Assembly (NCBI GenBank): GCA_048884965.1
Contig: JBHLQH010000004.1
Location: 96,001-160,000, forward strand
Length of the DNA: 64,000 nt
Source: Candidatus Thorarchaeota archaeon
GTDB lineage: Archaea > Asgardarchaeota > Thorarchaeia > Thorarchaeales > Thorarchaeaceae
Reading direction: 5' to 3'
Shown here: positions 39,075 to 48,851 of the stretch, piece by piece
Layout of the letters: every line of letters starts with the position of its first letter
Numbering within the stretch: the first letter of the stretch is position 1
Translations under genes and position numbers: made by a program
The notes under the pieces: model-generated
The model's database searches: none
The model's input: the letters and a program-made list of their open reading frames with translations, nothing else
Told to the model about the DNA's origin: nothing

Positions 39075-42023
39075 GTGAAATCCAATGGTCATCGATTCAA
39101 AGGAAGCAATCGGTGGCCGCTTCAATATGCATTCTCCTCAATGAGAAGAAACTCATTGCGCACAGCAGGTATAGCCCTCATGCTAGCGGTTGGAGTGACC
39201 TTACCTTCAACTGTTTTCACATGGAGTTCAACTGGAATCTGGTTGACCACAAGAGACTACTTTGCGAACAATATCTATCAGATGCGCATCGGACATTCTG
39301 CAATTCCTCAGGATACAATGACACCGACGCAAATAGCATATCTCAACACTTACAGAGATGAACAAGTCGCAGCGATGCGATTGGCTCGTTCCTACTCGAT
39401 CATTGAAAGAGTAGATTTCGTTCCCACAACTCTTGGATTGGTGAACTCAATTGATGGTGAACGTTATCTTCCTATGCTTTCCTACTATACAATGTACGGT
39501 CAGAACTATCGCGATGGAATCAAGGATTGCAGAGTCATCGTAGTTAATTCCAGCTTGCTAGATTTGTGGGGACCTGAGTTTCTCTGCGACGGCACGTTCA
39601 ATGTGGCAAAGGATGAGATAGTTGTATCAGAGGGCCTGATAGAGTACACAAAGGATGTCTATGGTGCTGATATCACTATAGGTAGCAGAATTTCTCTTGA
39701 TGTGTTTAGGCATCCGAACTATCAACACTATGGGAGCGGCTATCCTTGGGGATGGTCGCATCAGAACGAAAACAACCTGACAGTGGTAGGCATCTACAAC
39801 GCGAAATCATTACGTTCTCTAATCAGTGAAGTGTTTCCAGCGATTATGCGAAAGAACTGGGACCCACTAGGACTTGCAGAGCCAGTTCTAGGTCTTGATG
39901 ACTGCATTCTACTTTCAGAGGAGCATTTTGCGGATGAGGATATAGTTGAGATGGAAACCTACGGCTTCTATTGGCCTGGAGCACTAGTTCGGGGATCCTT
40001 CGATAATCTCATAGAGCTTGGAGCTGAGAATATCCAAGATACCCTGCTTGACATGAAGCTCCAAATTGAGGAACAAGTTCAGAATACTCCTTTTGATGGA
40101 ATACAACGATTGGATGAGCTTCAATCATTTGTGGATAATTTCATCCAAAGTCGAAATCTGGTCGTTCTCACCTTCCCAGTGCTAATAATGAGTATGATGC
40201 TCTCAATCACTATCTCTGACCTCTCGATCCAGAGAAGAAAGAATGACGTAAGAACTGTCAGAGCCAAGGGAGCATCTTACAACCAGATCCTATCATCACT
40301 GATGTGGGAAGCGATGATACTCACATTCCTTGGAATTATAACAGGACTAGTTCTTTCAGTATTCCTTAGCCCTTTAATGGGGTCTTCCATCGATCTATTT
40401 GTGATGGATACCGATGCATTTACAGAGTATCTAGTGAACACAAAGATATCGCTGGCGGGTATCTTTGTCGGGGTTCTAATCGCATTCTATCTTCCGTGTG
40501 CCTACCTTCTTCAAATAGCTCGGAAAATCGATGTGAGTGAGATCGGCCAACAGAGGTCACTTGAAAATGATGACATCGTTGAATCAACATCATTTCGCAC
40601 ACCAAGTCTTGCGCTTCTTCTAGTTATGGTCGGACTATTTCTGATGTCAGTTCTGGTCGAACCTAGTGGTGCCTTTGTCTATGTAGAAATCCTCATCGTG
40701 ACAGTGTTGTTATTTGCTGGAGCATATTTTGGCTCATCGGTCATGCGACGAATCACAACAATGGCATCCAGTCTTTTGCTACTCATCATAGGTGAAAAAC
40801 AGCTATATGTCCGGCAGAGCTTCAGAAAGAGAAAAGGACAATTCGTGCCACTCTTCTTGATTCTCACTCTGACGATGACTGTATCCGCCATGTCGCTAAT
40901 ACAGCTCTCCTCATTTAACGCCACGCTTGATAATGAGCTAAGATTCTCGATTGGAGCTGACCTGAGAATCGAATGCTGGCCAAAAGAACTAGAATTCAAT
41001 GAAACACTTTACAAATATCCAGGAGTCGTCTGCGTTGCACCTGTTGTTGAAACAATAGGAAGTGTAGCTTCTTCTACGTTCTTTATTGAAGGTGTGAGAC
41101 CTCACGAGTATCTCCAAGTTGGTATATTTAGAGAAGATTGCTTTGTTGGAGCGACTCCAGAGGAGGTATTGGATACTCTGAACCAGAACTCTCAAGGTAT
41201 TGTAATCAGTGAATACTATGCTAAGATGTGGAACAAAACCATTGGCAGTAATGTATTCGTAAGCATGCAAGGCAGTGTTGGCGACACAAGTGCAAACTTT
41301 GTCGTCGTTGGAATCTGCAAGAGCGCACCAGGCTTTGGACTTGCATCAACCGAAGAAAATCCAAGGGATTCTTTCGCATCCCAATTTGGGTTCCAAGCTG
41401 AACAGGGAGGTTTTGCTCTGGTGAATCTTGATTTCTTAGTTGAAAGAACGAAGATCAATACCACAGAGCTATTCCTAGTTGATACTGCATGTTGGGCTCA
41501 AGAGGATGAGATTATTCAAAATGTGGAAGCAGATATCAATACCAAAGTCTACGACCCTGATGACTTTGAATACAGACAGGTACACAACATCAATCTCTTC
41601 CTTTCGGCATTCACAGGAGTGAGTTCTGTCATCATTCTTGTTTCAACAACCATGGGACTTGCAAGTATCGGATTCTTTCTCAGTTCTGATATAGCTGAAC
41701 GAGAGGATGAGTATGCGGTGCTTCGTGCAGTAGGAGCGTCAAAGGGGCAGGTGTTCTCAATTGTATTTGGAGAATTTGCAGCAACAGTTTTGGCCGCTGC
41801 CGGAATCAGTCTTGTACTAGGGATTGCCTTTGGATACACCATGAGTCTGTTGACAGTTGGTGTGGCTCCATTCGCTAGTGCATTCCCTGCTCAACTCACA
41901 TTCCCATCTCTACTCATTGGGATATCTTTTGGACTTGATATATCTGTTATGATCATCTCATGCTATTTGCCTGCAAAAAGAGCAGGTACCGTGGATCCTG
42001 CAGTCGTACTGAGGAATCTGTAG
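39075..42023 (+). CDS. FtsX/MacB-like ABC transporter permease (paralog 1)
   Basis: Two FtsX motifs (RAKGAS, LRAVGAS), large extracytoplasmic domains, C-terminal PA......DPAVVLR; GAGGGT SD before GTG 39075. Confidence 0.88.
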   Translation: MKSNGHRFKGSNRWPLQYAFSSMRRNSLRTAGIALMLAVGVTLPSTVFTWSSTGIWLTTRDYFANNIYQMRIGHSAIPQDTMTPTQIAYLNTYRDEQVAAMRLARSYSIIERVDFVPTTLGLVNSIDGERYLPMLSYYTMYGQNYRDGIKDCRVIVVNSSLLDLWGPEFLCDGTFNVAKDEIVVSEGLIEYTKDVYGADITIGSRISLDVFRHPNYQHYGSGYPWGWSHQNENNLTVVGIYNAKSLRSLISEVFPAIMRKNWDPLGLAEPVLGLDDCILLSEEHFADEDIVEMETYGFYWPGALVRGSFDNLIELGAENIQDTLLDMKLQIEEQVQNTPFDGIQRLDELQSFVDNFIQSRNLVVLTFPVLIMSMMLSITISDLSIQRRKNDVRTVRAKGASYNQILSSLMWEAMILTFLGIITGLVLSVFLSPLMGSSIDLFVMDTDAFTEYLVNTKISLAGIFVGVLIAFYLPCAYLLQIARKIDVSEIGQQRSLENDDIVESTSFRTPSLALLLVMVGLFLMSVLVEPSGAFVYVEILIVTVLLFAGAYFGSSVMRRITTMASSLLLLIIGEKQLYVRQSFRKRKGQFVPLFLILTLTMTVSAMSLIQLSSFNATLDNELRFSIGADLRIECWPKELEFNETLYKYPGVVCVAPVVETIGSVASSTFFIEGVRPHEYLQVGIFREDCFVGATPEEVLDTLNQNSQGIVISEYYAKMWNKTIGSNVFVSMQGSVGDTSANFVVVGICKSAPGFGLASTEENPRDSFASQFGFQAEQGGFALVNLDFLVERTKINTTELFLVDTACWAQEDEIIQNVEADINTKVYDPDDFEYRQVHNINLFLSAFTGVSSVIILVSTTMGLASIGFFLSSDIAEREDEYAVLRAVGASKGQVFSIVFGEFAATVLAAAGISLVLGIAFGYTMSLLTVGVAPFASAFPAQLTFPSLLIGISFGLDISVMIISCYLPAKRAGTVDPAVVLRNL

Positions 42024-42055
42024 ATTACGCTGGTATCAAACCTTATCAAATAGAG

Positions 42056-45046
42056 ATGGGACATGGTTCAGTATCCAACCGGGGGCACTATGGACTCTTG
42101 CAACCAAGCACCACTCTGCATAAAGGAAGTAACCTTTGGCCAATTTCTTACGCAGTGCAGTCGCTAAGGAGAAGCTCATTGAGAACTACAGGGATCGCTC
42201 TCATGCTGGCAATTAGTGTCGCTCTTCCAGCGACAGTCTTCACTTGGAGTAATACGGGAATCTGGATCACTGTTCAGGAGTACTTCGAGGACAATACGTA
42301 TCAAGTCCGTATTGGCCATTCATTTATGGCAACTCCTGATACGAATTTACTCTACATAAGCTACCTCAATGAGTTCAGGGAAGATCAAGCTGAAGCTTTG
42401 GAATATGCTAAAACGTTCCCATTCGTTGAACGAGTGGATTTCGTGCCTACAACTATTGGATTATTGTCTGCCATAGAAAACCAATCAACGGTTCCTTCGA
42501 ATCCCAATTACTGGATGTGGAACACTGTCTACGCCATGGGTTTCAAGGACTGTCGCGTGATCGTAGTGAATAACGAACTGCTAGGTAGATGGAGCAACGA
42601 ATTTGAGTTCCAAGGTGATTTCTCCCTTCGTCCAGGTGAAGTTCTGGTTTCTGAAGACTTTGTCAAGTATACCAAACAGGTCCATGGTCTTGATATTATC
42701 GTAGGTAGTTCAATTTCAGTGAATATCTGCCGAAACCCAGACTACCACTATTATGGAACATTGACACCTGAATATTGGAATCAACATACAGAGAGGAATG
42801 TCACCGTTGCTGGGATATATCGAATCAAATCACTGCGATCTCTGATTAGCGAAGTGTTTCCCTCCCTCACAAGGATAAACTGGGACCCATTTGCGGGAGG
42901 CGAATCAGTACTTGGTATCGCTGATTCTGTAATGTTTCACGAGGATTCATTCACGGACATAGAGATGGAGGAACTCTACGAATATGGTATCTTCTACCCT
43001 GCAGGGCTCATAAGAGGCGATACTGACAAACTTATGGAGCTCGGACCTGAAAAGATAGCTGACAATTTTCAGGGGTTTATGGAACAGGTGATATCAAGTG
43101 TTCCAGATACGCAAATCTATGGGACTCAGAACATCAACGATCTTCAGCAATATATTGATAATTTCATTACAAGTAGAGGGTTGATTATCCTTTCATTTCC
43201 TGTTCTTTTCATGAGTGTAATGCTTACGGTCTATATCTCGGACCTTTCAATTCAGAAAAGACGAGAAAATGTTCGTATAGTTAGGTCAAAGGGAGCTTCC
43301 TACAATCAAGTCCTCTCATCAATGATGTGGGAAGCAATGATACTTACAGGAACCGGAATCATAGCAGGCATTTTACTCTCATTGATACTCAGTCCCATGA
43401 TGGGATCTGCTATAGGACTGCTTGTATTCAATACAGAACTCTTCATACAATATATTGAACATCTAAGGCCATCGTTGGTTGGAATCATTATCGGTGGCTT
43501 CATCGCCATGTACCTTCCCGGTGGTTATCTCCTTCAAATCGCACGAAAGCTGGATGTTTCAGAGATTGGAATCCAGAAAAATTTGGAATCAGATGATATC
43601 GCTGAATCCCCATCGATTAGGAAACCAGGATTGCTTCTATTCATCATCATTGCAGGTATGCTTATCCTACCATTCACATTCGAACCCAGCGGCATTTTCG
43701 TATACTTGGAAATCATCATTGTTACTCTTCTCCTCTTTGCAGCAACATACTTTGGATCCTTTGTGATGCGAAAGGTCACATCATCAATTTCAGGCATATC
43801 TGTCCTTGTGATGGGTGAAAAGCAGGCGTACGTTCGTCAGAGTCTGAAGAGAAGAAAGGGACAGTTCCTCCCACTGTTTATCATACTTACACTAACACTC
43901 ACGATGTCTATCATGACACTGATTCAGGTGGCTTCTTTTGAATCGACTGTAGAAAGTGAGCTAGAATTCTCCATAGGCGCAGATATTCGAATAGAGACCA
44001 AAAATATACCTCTTTCCTATAATCAAACACTGTATCGCTACTCTGGCGTTCGAGTTGTCACATCTGTTGTAGAAACGACAGGTCAAATTGCTACATCAAC
44101 ATTCTTTGTGGAAGGAATCAATCCACTTGATTACTTAAAGGTGGGAATTTTCCGGAACGATTGCTTTGTGAATGGAACGCCTGAGAGTGTCATGCAAACC
44201 CTAGCAAATACAGAACAAGGAATAGTCATCAGTGAGTACTATTCAGAACAGTGGAATAAAACTGTAGGCGATTCAGTTTATCTCCAGATGGATGGAGCGA
44301 ATTCAACTGTGTATGGAAATCTGCGGATAGTCGGAATAGCCAGAAGCGCGCCAGGATTTGGATTAGCCTCTACAGAAGATATGCCTGCAGAATCCTTTGC
44401 TGCTCAATTCGGTTTTCAAGCAGCCCAAGGTGGATTCGTTTTAGTCAACCAGGATTTTCTAATTGAACGAACAGGGATTCAAACTCCAGATATGTTCCTC
44501 ATTGATATGGCATGGTGGGCACAAGACGAACATATCATAGCTAGCCTTGATGCTCTACCAAATTTTGAAGTATATACTTCAAGTACCTTTGATTATTCAG
44601 AAGCCCACAATGTCTTTCTATTCCTTACTGCCTTCAACGGCGTAAGTAGTGTGATCATTTTAATCTCAATCTCCTTAGGTCTTGCAAGTATCGGATTCTT
44701 CCTATCTTCAGATATTTCAGACAGAAACAGAGAATATGCGATCCTTAGAGCGTTAGGTGCATCTAAAGATCAGGTAGTATCTCTTGCGTTTGGAGAGTTC
44801 TCTGGCATAGTCCTATCATCTGCAGGGATTGGTTTGGTTCTAGGGGCTCTTTTTGGTTATACCTTCAGCTTAGTTGCAATCGGAGTAGCACCTTTTGCGA
44901 CCGTTTTCCCAGTACAACTGAGTTTTCCAATTATCTCTATAGAAGTAGTGTTTCTTGTGGAGTTACTCGTTATGATTCTGAGTTGCTATGCACCAGCGAG
45001 AAAGGTGGGATCTGTTGAACCAGCGGCAGTCTTACGGAACCTCTAA
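42056..45046 (+). CDS. FtsX/MacB-like ABC transporter permease (paralog 2)
   Basis: Colinear with paralog 1 (RSKGASYNQ, LRALGAS, EPAAVLRNL); start uncertain. Confidence 0.88.
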   Translation: MGHGSVSNRGHYGLLQPSTTLHKGSNLWPISYAVQSLRRSSLRTTGIALMLAISVALPATVFTWSNTGIWITVQEYFEDNTYQVRIGHSFMATPDTNLLYISYLNEFREDQAEALEYAKTFPFVERVDFVPTTIGLLSAIENQSTVPSNPNYWMWNTVYAMGFKDCRVIVVNNELLGRWSNEFEFQGDFSLRPGEVLVSEDFVKYTKQVHGLDIIVGSSISVNICRNPDYHYYGTLTPEYWNQHTERNVTVAGIYRIKSLRSLISEVFPSLTRINWDPFAGGESVLGIADSVMFHEDSFTDIEMEELYEYGIFYPAGLIRGDTDKLMELGPEKIADNFQGFMEQVISSVPDTQIYGTQNINDLQQYIDNFITSRGLIILSFPVLFMSVMLTVYISDLSIQKRRENVRIVRSKGASYNQVLSSMMWEAMILTGTGIIAGILLSLILSPMMGSAIGLLVFNTELFIQYIEHLRPSLVGIIIGGFIAMYLPGGYLLQIARKLDVSEIGIQKNLESDDIAESPSIRKPGLLLFIIIAGMLILPFTFEPSGIFVYLEIIIVTLLLFAATYFGSFVMRKVTSSISGISVLVMGEKQAYVRQSLKRRKGQFLPLFIILTLTLTMSIMTLIQVASFESTVESELEFSIGADIRIETKNIPLSYNQTLYRYSGVRVVTSVVETTGQIATSTFFVEGINPLDYLKVGIFRNDCFVNGTPESVMQTLANTEQGIVISEYYSEQWNKTVGDSVYLQMDGANSTVYGNLRIVGIARSAPGFGLASTEDMPAESFAAQFGFQAAQGGFVLVNQDFLIERTGIQTPDMFLIDMAWWAQDEHIIASLDALPNFEVYTSSTFDYSEAHNVFLFLTAFNGVSSVIILISISLGLASIGFFLSSDISDRNREYAILRALGASKDQVVSLAFGEFSGIVLSSAGIGLVLGALFGYTFSLVAIGVAPFATVFPVQLSFPIISIEVVFLVELLVMILSCYAPARKVGSVEPAAVLRNL

Positions 45047-45793
45047 TTAAGTGAGCATCTTGACATGACCCTGATTATATAGCCAGAAATTCGAGTCCTT
45101 TAATCGACCCAAAAGAGTGACATGCGCGTTCATTGCAAGGTGAATTCCCATGTCGGTCGCGATAGCCAATGACCCCATTACAGGTATCCGTGTTCGGACT
45201 GCCTTTGAAACCATTTCAGATGTCAATCTACCCGTTACTAGTAGTAGCGATCGACCTAAGTCAAATCCCTTCTGCATTGCTAGACCTACTGCTTTGTCAA
45301 CAGCATTGAACCTACCGACATCCTCAACAATGAAATGCCTATCAGTATCAATGTCATAAATCAGGGCGCCATGTGCTCCTCCAGTCCTATCATGCAATCC
45401 TTGGTTGGATAATAGTTCTTTCACTAATTGTCTAAGATCACTGACTTGAATACTAAGATCCTCAATCGATTCGAGGTGATAGGGAAAAGCAGAATCTCCT
45501 GTCTGCAATTGAAGGAATCTCCGGACCAAATCAGCTTTCTTCTTTGAGGTGAAAATAAGCTGATTTGACTCACAAGACACTATTTCAATTTCCTCCATCC
45601 TTGAAATCAAGCCAGATGTCATCAAATGACCAATGCCTAATTGCTCCTCATGACCAGGGCTACAGGTGAATTTTGTGAGTTGCATATCATCCAACCAGAG
45701 TTCGAGAAATGATTCAGACACAATGACTTCAGGAGATTCAATGAATTCTCCTTCAATATACCGCATAAAACGTGTGTTTCTAGATGATTCCAA
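45047..45793 (-). CDS. fdhD: FdhD/NarQ-family protein lacking the usual Cys motif
   Basis: TGGAHGA, EDVGRFNAVDKAVG, TGRLTSEMVSKA. Confidence 0.88.
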   Translation of the reverse strand: MESSRNTRFMRYIEGEFIESPEVIVSESFLELWLDDMQLTKFTCSPGHEEQLGIGHLMTSGLISRMEEIEIVSCESNQLIFTSKKKADLVRRFLQLQTGDSAFPYHLESIEDLSIQVSDLRQLVKELLSNQGLHDRTGGAHGALIYDIDTDRHFIVEDVGRFNAVDKAVGLAMQKGFDLGRSLLLVTGRLTSEMVSKAVRTRIPVMGSLAIATDMGIHLAMNAHVTLLGRLKDSNFWLYNQGHVKMLT

Positions 45794-45919
45794 GGAAAGA
45801 CCTCAAATTATGATGTTGAATCCACATTAAAATCTAGCATATAGGAAAACACGACCAAGCCATAAGCTTAAGATAGAGTTGCAGGTTGCAGATTTTAATT
45901 CAGATTGAGATGTTACGCT

Positions 45920-47380
45920 ATGCAACGACAACAAGAAACCTCGCCAGGATGGGGCTCGATCATCTTAGGTACAAGCTTTGGGATATTCCTAAGCGCCCTT
46001 GATTCCTCAATCGTCAACGTATCACTGGTAACTATAGCAGGGTCTCTCTCAGTGGACATGGCATCCATTCAATGGGTTATCTTGGCCTACCTTCTAATCA
46101 TCACGTCCCTAATGCCATTGATGGGAAAGTTTGGGGATCGATATGGAAAGACCTTTGTTTTTCAGACTGGAATGATCGTCTTTATTGTTGGATCCTTATT
46201 TTGTGCGTTCTCACCAACGCTTAGTTTTCTTGTCGCATCGCGCGTGTTCCAGGCTATTGGCGCTGCAATGATGTCAGCAAATGGTCTCGCAATTGTTACA
46301 TACTTTACAACACCGGAGAATAGAGGTCGAGCAATAGGTACGAATTCTGTCGTGTTGGCGGTAGCTCTTGCAGTTGGTCCGGTTCTCGGAGGAATCCTTA
46401 GTGAATTCTTTGGCTGGGCAAGCATCTTCCTGGTCAACCTGCCCATTGGCATCATAGGTTTCATTGCCGTGTCAAAGCTCATTCCACAAACTGAACGAAT
46501 ACAAGAAACCAAATTTGATACAATTGGTGCTGTACTATTCTTTCTCTTGCTATTCCTATTTGTCTATACAGTATCAGCATTGACATCTCTAGAATCCTGG
46601 ATGATACTTCTTCTGGTTGGAGCTACTATTGCATCATTCGTCGGCTTAATCTATCGGGAAAGAACCTTCGTCAGCCCGATCATTCCAACAAGAGTTCTTG
46701 CAGATAGAAGAATAAGTGCCAGCGTCTTCTCCGCAATTCTCGCGTATTTCGGCATGATCCCAGTCACTTTCTTGTTCCCATTCTTTTTGCAAGAAGCAAT
46801 GGGCTTTTCCCAATCAGTAACGGGAATCTTGATGATCACGCATCCACTAACGATCTTTGCCACGGGTCCCATTGCAGGATATGTTTCAGAGAGAGTGAAT
46901 GGCAATGTCCAGACCACCTTAGGACTACTTATTGAAACAATCGGACTTGTGTTCATCGCCACATCGATTCCAAATGTCCCATTCATGCTCATAGGCATTA
47001 TCATCATGGGCAGTGGGCTCTCATTCTTCTCGGTAGCCAATGGTAACTTTGTTATGACCTCTGCGCCTAAACAGTATATGGGAGTTGTGAGTGCACTGAC
47101 GAATATTGCACGAACGACAGGTTTCAGTATCTCGACCGCGATTGCTACGACTATCTTCTCATACTTCTTCTTAGTCCTGAACCCAGGTGGTGAGATTGCT
47201 GGAGCTGTGTTCTTTGCTGCTTATGCAGGAGCATATCAAATTGCTATCTACTCCACTTGTGCTCTAGTTCTTATAGCTGCCTTTATCTCAGCATTTAGAG
47301 GGTTGAGTCCCTCAGAGGTCCTTCTGGAAAGGAATGATTCCCAATTGGTGATTTTTGAGCATGAGCAGGCGAATGACTAG
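45920..47380 (+). CDS. MFS transporter, DHA2 (EmrB/QacA-like) 14-TM
   Basis: LDSSIVNVSL, GKFGDRYG, RVFQAIG, GPVLGG, WASIFLVNLPIG. Confidence 0.93.
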   Translation: MQRQQETSPGWGSIILGTSFGIFLSALDSSIVNVSLVTIAGSLSVDMASIQWVILAYLLIITSLMPLMGKFGDRYGKTFVFQTGMIVFIVGSLFCAFSPTLSFLVASRVFQAIGAAMMSANGLAIVTYFTTPENRGRAIGTNSVVLAVALAVGPVLGGILSEFFGWASIFLVNLPIGIIGFIAVSKLIPQTERIQETKFDTIGAVLFFLLLFLFVYTVSALTSLESWMILLLVGATIASFVGLIYRERTFVSPIIPTRVLADRRISASVFSAILAYFGMIPVTFLFPFFLQEAMGFSQSVTGILMITHPLTIFATGPIAGYVSERVNGNVQTTLGLLIETIGLVFIATSIPNVPFMLIGIIIMGSGLSFFSVANGNFVMTSAPKQYMGVVSALTNIARTTGFSISTAIATTIFSYFFLVLNPGGEIAGAVFFAAYAGAYQIAIYSTCALVLIAAFISAFRGLSPSEVLLERNDSQLVIFEHEQAND

Positions 47381-47384
47381 ACTG

Positions 47385-48722
47385 CTAGAGATCACAAGTA
47401 TCTGCCAAGAAGAGAACTCTTCTTCTGAAATCAGGATGATCAAGAAGGAGTAAGTTATTCCCTACCTCACTATCGAACATCAACTTCTTGGGATTGTTGC
47501 GGAGCATCGTGATGAGTTCCATTAATTCATCAGTTGAGAGGCGACTGTCCCCATCGGCATCAGCTACTCTCCAATCAACCACTTTGATTGGTTGCTCGCC
47601 CTTTTCCTCAGTCACTTTTTCTGCACGTTTCTCTGAGAGGGTATTGGCGGCTGGAGTAATGGCATCAATAATCTGTTGATCCGATAGCTCCACACCATAG
47701 ACCTCTCGAAGATGCTTTAACTTAGTATAGAGATACACCCAGGGAGCCATTGACTCCGCATTCTTTTCATCAATACCATCAAGCGGGAATGCTAATAGCA
47801 TTCTACCAAGTTCTGCTTGGGTAATTGGATTGACGCGCTCAGGATTCAACGATTCCAACCATCTGATCGTAGCTGTTAGGGCGGTGATTGCTTCTACACG
47901 TTGTCCGAGTCTTATTAGCGCATTCATAGTGGGTACGGTCCCAATTGTCTCTGCGGCGTGATGGTCTGCAAGAAGCTCCGCTGCCCGAGATGATTTCTGA
48001 ATGAACAACTTGGCGACAGTCATTACAAGTCGAGATATGAAGAAGAAGGCAAGGAGCACGATGACTCTTATTCCAGCAACAGGAACGTCGAAGTTCACAA
48101 GTAATGCTGTAGCGACACCGAGTCCAATTCTCACATAGATGTAAAGATATATGATATCAACAAAGAAATTCGGCATTTGGGAGAAGATTGAAACCAACGA
48201 ATCATGATTTCTAATGTGACCAATCTCGTGAGCAATAATGGATTTGACTTCATCCACATCAAGCAAGTCTGTGAGATTACTGAAGATCACAAGCACGGAC
48301 CCAACGAAGGGAAGACTGAATGTAAATGCATTCGGGATAGGAGATTGCATGACATATACTCGACTGAGCTTCACCTTCGATATTTCGGCAATCTCATGAG
48401 ACCATTGTACGAGTTCATCCCTTGAGTATTTGCAATGCCATGGTTTCGTGTCATCGAACTTGGGGTGCAGCTCACGCATCATAGTTCCATTTAGCATACC
48501 AAGAGATACGTAGTATAGCATGATCATCTGGAAGATGCCAATTCCAAGAAACAAGCTGAGGGAGATGATAGGATTATTCTGAGAGAAATCAAACCCGATA
48601 ATCCAGTCTGTGCTCTCATTTAGCGTTAGCACAGAAACGACTAGTATCTGTAGAATATCGATAACAAGGAAGGCGATCAATGTTATCCATTTTCTCATTC
48701 GGATTTCCTCAACCATCGACAA
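47385..48722 (-). CDS. M48 (HtpX-like) membrane zinc protease with an EF-hand-containing insertion
   Basis: PNAFT, AHEIGH, SRAAELLADH, terminal HPDFRRRV; DADGDSRLSTDE loop. Confidence 0.88.
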   Translation of the reverse strand: MSMVEEIRMRKWITLIAFLVIDILQILVVSVLTLNESTDWIIGFDFSQNNPIISLSLFLGIGIFQMIMLYYVSLGMLNGTMMRELHPKFDDTKPWHCKYSRDELVQWSHEIAEISKVKLSRVYVMQSPIPNAFTFSLPFVGSVLVIFSNLTDLLDVDEVKSIIAHEIGHIRNHDSLVSIFSQMPNFFVDIIYLYIYVRIGLGVATALLVNFDVPVAGIRVIVLLAFFFISRLVMTVAKLFIQKSSRAAELLADHHAAETIGTVPTMNALIRLGQRVEAITALTATIRWLESLNPERVNPITQAELGRMLLAFPLDGIDEKNAESMAPWVYLYTKLKHLREVYGVELSDQQIIDAITPAANTLSEKRAEKVTEEKGEQPIKVVDWRVADADGDSRLSTDELMELITMLRNNPKKLMFDSEVGNNLLLLDHPDFRRRVLFLADTCDL

Positions 48723-48851
48723 CTAAACCATACCTCTCGTTCATTATAGCCATTCTCTTGGAAACGCTTTCCTCACATAAAGATTGGCACTTGCAGCGCG
48801 TTTAGTAGCCTTTATCTAGAATCACCAGTTCCACAACCTTGAGGGTCCCGG

